NCBI RefSeq assembly: GCF_964355755.1
Contig: NC_092670.1
Coordinates: 26,832,795 to 26,896,794 of the forward strand
DNA: 64,000 nt
Direction: 5' to 3'
From: Antedon mediterranea
Taxonomy: Eukaryota > Animalia > Echinodermata
Shown here: positions 1 through 12,000 of the stretch, piece after piece
Numbering within the stretch: the stretch's first letter is position 1
How the letters are laid out: every line of letters begins with the position of its first letter
Program-made: the position numbers and the translations under genes
The notes under the pieces: generated by a model
The model's database searches: none
Told to the model about the DNA's origin: nothing
The model's input: the letters and a program-made list of their open reading frames with translations, nothing else

Positions 1-204
1 TAAACAGGTCACTTCCAGATGTTCGAATGGATGGGTAAGAAGACTTGACTGCTTTTAGATAGATATAAAATAGAACTACTGTATTTACGGCTATTGATTT
101 GTTATAAACTATCCCTTCACTTTAAAATTATGTAGGCTAAAAAATTAAAGCAATAGTGGATATGGAACTTTAGACTTTACTTTTTACTGTTCAGACTTAT
201 TACT

Positions 205-1670
205 TACAATAAAATAAAGACGCTAAAGAAAAATTGTGCCGTGTGAATTAGATGATGCGCGCAAACACATAACGAAAGTATAAAATGCCAAACTATATTA
301 TATTGGGTGTTTTTCGTGATGTATTAATTATTTGATACATATAGAGATAAAATAAAAAAGTGGACAAAAATCGAATGAAAAACACATTGCTGCTGTTCAT
401 TCATTTACATTTTATTTTTATTTCACTGGTTTTGACATTTTGCAATTTTTGTTGTATTTTGTATGGGAGATTTGTTACCTACTATACTGGCTACTTTTGT
501 AATTAATTTGTGGTGTACCAGTAACCCACACGGTTTTTCTGCCTTTAAATTAATTAACTTGGCATGATTAAGTATAATAAAAGCGCACTCTTCATGGCCC
601 CTGACAAATTATTTAAAAAACACAAAACAGATTGTCAAGAATACAATTCGGAACTATTTACGGCCATTGAATTGTTATACGTGGAGTATTCCTTTACTTT
701 GAAATATCTGTAAGCTACAAAATGAAAGCAATACTGGATTTCACCAGAAAGTGACAACATGCATGAGCGGTACAGACTTCTGAGAGTAAAACATTTTTTA
801 TGATAAAATATGAATTTGTAGGTTATCGAATTAAGATGTGAAGTATTGGAATAATAACAATGGTTATGGACTCAACACAAAAAGTAGTCGAAATTGATGA
901 GTCGATGATGAGCTTGGACACAAACATTTTGGGTGTATTTTTCGGAAACACGACACTCGTCATTTGGTTTTATTTGTGGTTTTCTTTTTATTTACATTTT
1001 TGTTTATTTCATGGGTTTTTTATATTCCCCTTACCCAACAACAAACTCCCATAAAATGCCAAAACGTTATTAATTATTTATTTTGTGGAAACACCTATAT
1101 TTGTGTGTATTTTGTTTGTTCATTTACATTTTTTTTCATGTGTGTTTTTTCATATCTTTTTTGCTAGTTTTGTAATTACATTGTGGTTTAATTTTGATTT
1201 TTAGCTTTAAACGGTGATACTTAATAATTACACATGTCGCGGATTGAACTCGAAGCTACTAAGCATTGATATCAATGGTCACAGCGATTTGCTCACTGAG
1301 CCAAACCGTGATCTACAAAATACATTTTGTTTCCAGGATAGGTGTAATTAATTAAAACTTCATCATTTGATACAGTTGACTAAAGACTGTTTATTTAGCG
1401 ACCTGGCATGGTATTTGTAGATCCGGCCATGGCGGTACACAACAGAGGAGGTTGCGTAGTTTATACAGTGACATAACATGGTCGCTGAAACGTCAAATAA
1501 CTGCCTTGTTTTAGTGTTTATCCTTAAAATTTAGGAAAGTGACAAACCCTATCGTGTGCGGCCCCTCAATAAACTTCAGTGTGCCAAATGTGAGCACGTA
1601 CCTTTCAGTGGTTTTGGAGGAGATGCGTAAAATTACACGAAAAATTTAGTAGCAATAATATATTGATTAT
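205..1670 (+). repeat. ~1.45-kb dispersed repeat; second direct copy at about 22096-23560
   Basis: Long shared blocks, e.g. gacgctaaagaaaaattgtg, gctacaaaatgaaagcaatactggattt, cctatcgtgtgcggccc..gtgccaaatgtgagcac. Confidence 0.9.
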
Positions 1671-2845
1671 AATTATTATAAAATTCAAGTCTAGAGAGGG
1701 CAGCAAACTTCAAAACCAAGTTGTCAGTCAATTTTTTTTTTCTTTTTGTATGCCTGCTGCTACTACCCTTTGTTATTTAAATTAATCAGGATAATGTAAT
1801 ATAAAGAAAACTCAACACAATGTACAGGAATATGTTCCCTGAAAAAAATAATTGGAAACAAATGTTTTGTTGAATAGGTCACTTTATACTTTATAGTTGG
1901 AGGAAAATTATTTACTTGCTATGATGTTTACTTTTAGTGAAATCATTATTCTTTAGTTTAGTTATTAGATGATCATATAAAATAAAATGATCGCCATAGT
2001 TGCGCAACGTGACTTGCGCGTGTGATTTGATATGGTTGATCAAAGATAAAAAATCAAACGTAATTTTTGAATAATACTTTTTGAAAATTTTGTAGATATG
2101 AATTCATGTACATATTTGACGTCATCAAAATGGCCACTTGAATCTTTTTATCACATTCAATAGAGCGCATCTCCGTTATTTGAGCCAGATTTTCGCTCAC
2201 ATTTCAGTATGTGCTTGCTAAATTAATTATCTTTATCATGAGTTGCCACCATTTTCGTTTGATGATGGCTGACAGCTCATGAAATTTAGATATCGGATGT
2301 TGTGATGTTATGATATGGCCAGTTGAATTTAAAAAGTAGTTTTTTTACCTCTTTCATCACATTTATAACAATTTTAAACAGCGCGCACTGCGCATCTACA
2401 TGCCAAATTTTCTTCCAAACCTTATATTTTTTTGCTCAATTCATTATCTTTCGAAATTGTGATCTTCAACTTTATTTTGACGTCATCATACCAAAAAAAT
2501 AGAACATGGTGTGGTTCTCGTAATTTCACCTATGTTACACTGTATATAGATATACAGTACACTGTACCGTATAGAGTATATATTCTATGACACATAATAC
2601 TTTAATAGGCACCAATCAACACCATAAAAGCATATATGCATGAGATATTAGGATTGCATAAATCAATATATTTAACGTACGTGCATGTTTTTAAAAAAAA
2701 ATTTAATATCAGTAAAATTATAAAATGATCACCTATAATTCTTCAAAGTGACGAATTAAATTCTAGTTTAGATTTTATTAATCTTTATGTTTTGGAGGAC
2801 AATACATCTTTGATGTTTATTTGTGAATGAAATTACTGATTTCAG

Positions 2846-3018
2846 ATGTAAGAAAAAAGTGTATCCTCCTGTTGATAAACTTCCAGATACAAGTGTTGTC
2901 ATTGTGTTTCATAACGAAGCTTGGAGCACCCTGTTAAGAACAGTACACAGCATCATAAATAGATCACCACGGCAACTTATCAAACAAATTGTACTTGTTG
3001 ATGATGCAAGTGAAAGAG
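2846..3018 (+). CDS. GALNT1: GALNT1-like exon (start of GT-A catalytic domain)
   Basis: ttcag|A TGT AAG..; [57 protein letters not shown]; G|gtagga. The phase-1 end joins AT TTC at 36449 (Asp-Phe). Confidence 0.95.
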
Positions 3019-6000
3019 GTAGGATTTATTTGTTGTAATTGTCTTTTTGTCATTTTCTGTGTTTTTCTCATTTATTTTATCCAGTTTATTTTATTCAGTT
3101 TATTTTATCCGATTTATTTTAATTTATCCTGTTTGGTTGATTTTTATTTTATCTAGTTTATTTTTATATAAACAAAATGCATTGCATTTTGCTTATTTAA
3201 CTGCGCTATCAAGGTATGTTCTATATAATGTCATAAAGAAGTGAAACCTTTACCATATAACATTACTTTGAATTACAGCTAACATTTAGGTTACAGGTCA
3301 CTGTAAAATGGCATCCCAACACATATTTGACCAGTTTTTCATATAATACATTAAAAGAGTTTATGTTATTATTTACAGCCATCTTATACCTTCTATTCCA
3401 TCAATTTGCTTTCATCAATCTCGCCCTCTAGTGTTGTTATCTCAATTCTAGATTAAAATTACAATGAACTTCATCCAGGAAAAAGGCTGAACATCTTAAA
3501 AGCAATTTGTACACTGTAAAATTTAGCTCTTTTTTATACTATAGTCTGTCAAAAAAGATACAGTACAAAATGATATTATTAAGAAAATAATATTGGTTTT
3601 TATGTGTACTAACAATCTGTACGCATAAAATTGTTCGCACGCACAGGGATTTTTGAAATGCGCAAAATGTCACAAATCGCGTAAAAAGTTGATTAGAAAT
3701 TAATTTTGTGCATTTTGAAAATTTTAAATGCGCGTGCTCGCGTAACTTCTTGTAAAAGATGCCATTTTTAATCCACAGAAAGTTTGCCCTTGATATGACA
3801 ATTAAATTTTCACAAATTGTCAAAACAAAATTACGATTGGTTTTTAATCTATGATCAATCATAAAAAATCATAAAAACCCGCCTAAGTCATTTTGCGCAA
3901 CTCTGATGTGCACAACTTCATGTAAATGTCCATATGTTGGCAAAGTTATGAAATGTTTACCCATTTTTAAAGATATGTGATGCACAAAAAATGATGGAGA
4001 AAGACAGAAAAATTATATAAAGAAATAGATTATCCACATGACAAACGCCACGTGCACGTCATATGTTGGTATATTGCACACAGAAAAATATTATGGCATT
4101 ATGACCTGAAATGAAGAATATGACATGTTAGTGCTGAATTCTGTCCATGTGTCATATAGTTATACAGAGTATAATCTGTATACATATTACATACAGTGTA
4201 GAATAGATGAAATTTCATGACCTGCCATTTAATCCAATTTTTAACATGGTATCAAAATGAAACATGAAGATACCAATTTTGAAAGGAAATTATCTCAGCA
4301 GCAACATATTAACATGTAGAAGAAATTTGAATCTGTAAAATATAGATCCGCGTTCTTTTAAATGTGATGAATTATGATGCAAAAGATAAAAATACGACTT
4401 TTTTTATTCAACTGGCCATAAGATGACGGCAAAACATCTGATTGGCAATATGTTCACATGAATTCGTATCTACAATCCAATAGCTTCCAGAAAACATTTT
4501 AATCATGATTATTACTTTTTATTCTGACGAGCTATAACAGATTGAAATTTACTGTAAAGATGAAAATAAGTGACCCACATTATTTAAATTTTTAGACGTC
4601 ATAAAAATTATAATATTTTTTATTTATGCGAAAGACAGTTGCTTGACCTAGACAGTATTAAAATCTTGGGGCAAATGCAATACGAATCTATTGAATGTGA
4701 TGAGCAATACCGAAAGAGACAAAAATCCTATATTTTACATTCTTGTGACCATACGATGATGTCATAACATTTAAGAGGTAAAATTCTCCATGAATTCATA
4801 TCTACAACATAAATGCTTGCATATTAAGTAAAAAAAATTGGGGGTCACCGTTGATTCTGAGGAGCTATAATAGATTCAAAATAGGCATTCTTTTGACAAT
4901 ATTTTGTAGCTTTTTTAACTAAAATGCACGCAAATGTCTAAACCAACATGTTCGTATGACATCATTTTAATTTGAAATGATGTCAATCTTTTTTAAAATT
5001 AATTGGAAAAGCTGAAAAATCACAATTCAAGAGATGAAACATGATTTTCTTGCTCTTTGCATACCGTACAGGCAACAAATTTGCGGATAACCAAAAAAAA
5101 AGTTATGATCTCATACAATCAGAAGAAGTTATACGCCAAGGTGCGGATACAAATATTTACATTCATTCTAACAGAAAATTTGGTTTAAAGATGACCAGAA
5201 ATACTATTAATTACTAATGTTTCAAACAAAAAACATATCTCTACACAACTTATCCCGATGCTTTAATGGTTTCATTATAGGAATTAAAACAAATCCTTTA
5301 CTGTCTGATACTTTAAATTGTTTCAATTTTAAAGTACCAGTTATTGCTGTCTCCGAGGACGATCAAACATTTTAATAGAAATGTCGAGCTCAACAGTTCA
5401 TTTCAGAATGCTAGAAGTAACTTACCATATTTATCCGCCCCGGGCATTTAATGTTCAGAAGGGTTTTTAGGAGGAGGGGAAGGCATCCTTTTTTTTAGGG
5501 TATAATATGGTATTGTATAATAAAATAAATACCAACTAGATATAAAAAAAATACAGCACAATTAATATCAAAAAGTGATAACATTTTGTCAAAATGCTTG
5601 GTAAATTGTAGATTATGGTAGTTAATGAAATGTGTTGTGATACAATTATTGTGTAAATGCATGTCATGCCACAATGACACATCAGTGGCGGATCTAGTGG
5701 GGGCTAGCCACCCCCCTTAATTTATGAATTCAAGAGTTTAAAAAGAAAACGCGATTTCCTCGTGTGAATACTGATGTCATCACTCTCCAAAAATACGACA
5801 TTTTTCATTTCAGTTAATTACCGCCCTGGTCCATGTGTGCAAGCGTTAGCGTGGTAAATTTGTACCCCTGTACAAAGTGGAGTGTAATATTTTTTTTATA
5901 TCATAATGGTATGCCGTATAAACGTTAAAAATAAACGAGAAACATGGTGTTCTTTTATTATTTCATAGGCATAAATTAAACATGAAAAAGTGTGTGGCGT

Positions 6001-9000
6001 ATTTGATGTTTTATTGATTTGTGTTATAGACACAGCGATTACTGCAATCATTGTATACTAAATTACATTGAGTTATTCACCTGGCTGTAGGGTATATGTC
6101 TGAGGTTAACAGAACACAGTACACTAACACATGCACTATAAAGCCATTTTCGGAGTACCGCATTACAAAATGTTCATTTTGTTTGAAGTGTTTTTCAATC
6201 AAAGTTTATTATTAGTTCGTCAAAACAGATCCATACAGTATTTAGGATTTAAATTTACATTATTTAACATTTGTTATTAAATGTAATGGAAACAGTTGCT
6301 CTAGCCTAATAAACAGTGTGTAAGCATTTATTTTTTCACAATTTTTCCGCGGCTCAGGAGGGGGAAACGCCCTCCCAAACCCACCCCCACTCGGTGCTAC
6401 TGCTACGCACCTTGTTTACCACTTTCATGCATCTTCCCCCCCCCCCCCCCTCGTTACAGATCCTAGATCCGCCACTGCACATCATTATCCTGAGACACAA
6501 TTGCACTCATAATGGATCTTCTTTCTTTCATCTGTTTGTTTGTGACTCCAATTTGTCAACAGTCAACGCGGTCTTTTGCACATTGTTAAATGCCAATACA
6601 TAGCTTCATTACTATTGTACAATAATGTCTAGCTTCTGATGCTTTTATTGGCAATGCATTCAGTACCTAAAACATGTCTAAGTTTCTAGTGGCATTGATA
6701 ATAAATCTCCAGATATATATTGTTTTATTATCTTCACTGGGAACAGACGTGTGTATGTATAAAATTTTTCAGTTACTCAAAAATATTATGCAACAGTGTC
6801 ATATGGAATGATGACAATGAATTGGTCTCTGAGTTGTCTCTGATACCTTTTATTACATGATTGTACTTGCACCCGGATAGAATGAGGTTTAATCCAGTTA
6901 TTCTTATTATTATATTGTGTTGTATTTTTTAATATCCAGGGTATTATTATTTGATTATACATATTACCATTATTACACCAAAACAAAATAAACATCTTCC
7001 CCGAATAAATAAATGCCCGGGCCTTTTACTTCTAGCATTCTGAATTGTTGAGCTCGACATTTCTATCAAAATGTTTGGTCGTCCTTGGGGGTCAGCAATA
7101 TTATAAGCAAAAGTACAATTACACACAGTAGAGGATTTGTTTTAATTCCGATAATGAAACCATTAAAGCATCAGTTATTGCATAACATTACTGTTGTGTA
7201 GAGATATGTTTTTTTTGTTTGAAACATTAGTAATAGTATTTCTGTTCATCTTTTAACCACATTTTCAATTACAATGAATGTAAATATGTATATTTCAAAC
7301 AATTTGATACCAAATTTAAGTTTCTACGACCAGTACTTACAGAGATATGAAGATGTCCTGGTATGTGAGTCAAAGGTCAGAAATGGCATTTCTGATCATT
7401 TTTTACTAATATGCCCCATTAGACTGAATACAAATGCATGCCTTCTGAACATTTTCAGACCAAAATTGACTTGCTCATGCGACCAGTTGTTGTCGAGATA
7501 CAAGTACCTTTTTTTTATTTGTTCATATAACCCTTGACCTTGACCCTTTGACCTTTTCTAATATTTTTCAAAATGTGTAACAAATAACAATATATATTTT
7601 GAACAATTTAAGACCAAATTCAATTGAAGTTACGGAGATGCATATATGCCCTGGGTTGTGGGTAAATGGTCAGAAATAGTATTTCTATGACTAAAATTTC
7701 CCATTAGACTGAATATAAATATAAACCTTCTGATCAATTTGAGACCAAAATTACCTTGCAGTGACTAGTGGTTGTCGAGATTTGGTGTTTTGTCTTATAA
7801 CCTTTCACCCTGACCTTTTGACCTTTTGCCACATTTTCAAAATGTGTAACCAAGCCAAAAATGATTGTTTGGCCATCCTAAACCAATTTCAAGTCAAATT
7901 TTCTGGACCTCAAAGTGGATACGAAAGTTGATCTAGCTAACCCATAGAGTAATAAGCCATTCAAAAAGGGAGTCTTCCAATTTTAGATATGGAGTAAAAC
8001 AGTTTGATTTTCAGTCTCCAACCTCGCGTGACAACAATTTTCAAAACATTAAATAAGCTTTACAAGATTCAAGATTCAAGACATTTTATTGGTCTACTTT
8101 AAAATGGAAATTTGGTTGCTTGCCATAATTAAGACAATAAAATAACAATAAAAAATACATCAAATTGGAATTTAAGGAAATGTTAAAATACTATTAATAT
8201 GTTAAAATACTGTTAAAAAACTATTAAAATTTCAGATTCCAAAAATGCCATGCTCTGTAAAATTTAAAATAATAACAAATACATGTAGTTATCGACAAAC
8301 ATTAGAATTGTACATATTAATGCTATTTACAAACAAAGGACAGGATAGTTTTACATTATATTGGTTTTTGTGGGTCTGTCTAATGCCAGATCTATTAAAA
8401 TTGTAACAGTAATGTAGTAGGATATTTTCAACTTTTCTTAAAATATACTTCTCGTAAATCAGTGAACATGGCGTTAAAATCTGTTTTAATGATACATTGT
8501 GCAATTTTACGTGGTATTTTACGTGGTATCTCTATTTTTTTCTTATCTTTTTCAGTATGATTACCATAAAAACATCTCATGCTAAAAGATAAAATACTTA
8601 AAATAATACTTTGATAAAGTAGGATTAAAATAGTGTTGTCAACTCTAATTTGCTTAAGCCTTCTGAGAAGGAAATCATAAAAGAGTTAGATTCCCACTTT
8701 ACATTACAATGCATTACATCTCATTAATTATCACAATTAGATATGTGGTGCATATTTGTCCAATCCAATTGCAAGAATAATATATAAGGGGTGTTATAAT
8801 AATTATAATGTATGTAAATTTCGAAACTGACATAACATTAGTCATTGATTAAAACAGTAAGGATTGTTTTTATTTTCAATTATTTTATTTCGAAAATACG
8901 TTGATTTAGCTTTTTTAACATTGCGCTTGACCTTGTTTCTTAATTTACAATACATATCATGATCTTCTTTGATTTTACTCTTTTTAAATTTATTAAAATA

Positions 9001-12000
9001 TTGATCACGAGTTCGTATATCATTTAGAATATCTGTGTTAAACCATGGATCTGACCTTTGTTTCACCCTCATCTTTCTAAGGGGTGCCACACAATTTATG
9101 ACGGAGCTAAGAGCTTCCTTAAATGACGACCATGCGTCGTTAACATTAACTTTAGATGTAACGTTTGTCCAATCTATTTCGGACAGTTTTGACAGGAATT
9201 CCTCTTTGTTGTACTGTTTAAATGATCTTGAGTAAATGGTCTTATGCGATGAGTATTTTGCTTTACAAGATTTGCGTGTGCAAAATATCAGCATATGATC
9301 ACTTAGGCCTGTGTTTATAACACCGGAATTAGAAATTTTGTCTTGAGAATTACATAGGATATGGTCTAAACATGAGGATGAATTCCTGTCAAAACGAGTG
9401 TCTTCACTTATCAAGTTAGAGAATCCTAGTAATTCGAGAACGTTTTTATAATTCGTAGATTGAGTACAATCTCTGTTAGTATTTATGTTAAAATCACCAT
9501 TTATGATGGTTTCAAGGTTGTTAATTTTATTTACAGTGTCTTCGAAAAAGTTTAGAAAATTGTTGACATTCTGTTCAGGAGGACGGTAATAGGTTCCAAC
9601 AACGATTGGTTTTGTATCCGGGAGGTTGAGTTCAATCCATACTGATTCAACATTATTGTCCATTAAATCTTCTCTCTTGGTAAACGCTTTGTCCGTACGC
9701 ACATACATACATACTCCACCTCCTCTACGAGAAGATCTATCATTGCGAACTAAGGTATATCTATCTATGTTTACTTCATTATCAGGAACAGTCTCATCTA
9801 GCCAAGATGGATATAACTGCTGCCTTTGATTTTAATGCGATTTCCCTTATTTCAGATATTTTGGGAATCAGCGATCGTACATTAAGTTGAAGAAAATGCA
9901 TTCCTTGTTTGTTAATTGTTTTTGCGATGTCGTCCATGTCATCGTCTAGGGGATCAATCTGATTAGCGTCAGATACATCTTGGTTCTGATTTTCATGAAA
10001 GTCTGCATCATACCATGGGAGCGAGTTCCAGGAGCATATATCGCAAATATAAGAGGATGACTTACCGGCGCACTTTGTATGTATTGTTTTAATGTCGCAT
10101 GCATTGCATCTGATGATTTTACTTCGCTTGTTAAATCCTCTACTGCATACGTCGCAATATGACTTTTGTTGAGGTCCAGGATTTAGGGAGACATCCCCAG
10201 CAATAATGATCAAGTAACTTAACGTTAAGTGGTGATGTTTTCTTAATATACGTTTTACAGGATATCTCGAAGAGCTTGCACCGTACATTTGCCAGAGTGG
10301 TGATCTCAAATCCAAGTTATCCTGCTTAATGTGGGTAGGTGCTGACCAGTTGCTTGCGATGTCAGGTCCGACTTCAGTGAAGTCTAAAGTCGGTTGACTT
10401 AGGGTGCATATTCTTACTATGATACATAGTAAATGGATGAATAATGTTCTAAATTGTACTTTATACTGCATGATGATGAGCAAAGTAGGAAATACGTTGT
10501 TTTATGTTAAAAATGTAAGCATTCAAAGGCAAGCGTTTCATCGGTTGTCACGATACAAAAAACAAAATTACAGTACGACCAACAGTAACTGTAAATATTA
10601 TTGTTGTGATAATCCGCACTAGTTTGTTTTGTAAAAAAAATATCCAAACAGCCAATGATTTAGATGAGGAGAGTGAACCTAGGCCTAGTCAAAAGACTAA
10701 ACGTAACGTACCGTATGGTGGTAAGCACAATGCTTGGCGTCCCTGGTTACCGGCGTTAGCAACAAACGTATAAAAAGGCGCGAAAGGCCTAGCTGATCAA
10801 AGTGAAGAAAATGATATAATCCTAACTCACAGCTTGTAAATTAAAACAGTTTTCTTCAATCAATATTTGTTGCTGTATCGATATGTCAGTTATTTAACTG
10901 TTGGTATATCCAAAAATCAAGAAAATGAATTTTAAAAGACAATCAGTGTAGAGGGAAAATTAACTACGTCTACACACACGTGTATGGATTTTATAAACGG
11001 TGGTAATTATGTCTACAAACGACCAAACAATCCTAGGCCTTGCAAGGCTAAAACGAATAGGCCTATTCTAATACAGTACTAACAGGCCTAGGCCTAACTA
11101 GGTTGCAGCAATACGAAACTTTGACAAGCAACTGGAACTAATATAATATGTAGGCTAATTATGTTTTTCCAACGATTCCACGTCTTGTAGGGATGTCCCC
11201 ATTGATTAATCAAAATCATAAAAACGATCTACACAAAAGTATACTGCTGATGCATATCTCGGTGGTGTTTACAAACAAAACAGAGGCAAGACAACAGGTG
11301 GCTCTGTTGTATTTAACAGTAATAAACGATAGTTTAATAGTGCATACTATTGCATGCCATGTGACCCACAATCGTCTAATCAAATGACAGGAATTTATTT
11401 AGGTGTTAGATAATAGAAGATAGCATTCTATTGTATAATATAGTATTAATTATGTTTAATGTTAAATGAATAATAATAGATGGTAATTGATGGTAGCCAC
11501 ATTAACCTTACTCCATGCATTATATTAACTTTTCCTTTATATATGGGGTTTTGTTATAATTAATTAATAAACTATTTATAACTTAACATTTAATGTTTAG
11601 TTATATCAGCATAAATAACTCCACTGATTTCAGTGGACATGGAAGTTTTTGCTGTGTTCATAAAATCTAAGTCTGCATACATTAATCCTTGTGGGTCAAC
11701 ACACTTTGATCTTGAACCATGTGGTGAAACTTTTGACATGGCTAACTTTTTTGAATGTTTTTTTTAACATGAGGATGATCCTTATCTCGAGGCTTGTCAG
11801 AAATGTTCTCTTGCAGTTTCTTATTAGATTCATTTTCTGGTATGTTCTTTGAAATATCATCATTTCCATCAATTGCAGATTCTCTACTATGGTTAACATT
11901 TTTTTTCAGTTTTTTAGGTTTTGTGTCTGGTGCGTTTTTAGTTTTGATACTTGCAGGTAATGTAGAAGCCTTGTTCTTTTGTATACAAGCATATATATCT

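Noticed and set aside
7300-7900. ~290-bp local duplication rich in TGACCT (nuclear-receptor half-site-like)
   Set aside because: TGACCTT-rich units look like a common repeat family, and there is no evidence for an enhancer.
860-8504. Numerous 60-110-aa ORFs (other than the GALNT exon) here and throughout the window
   Set aside because: Low-complexity F/I/L/K-rich translations of AT-rich repeats, or antisense shadows of real genes.
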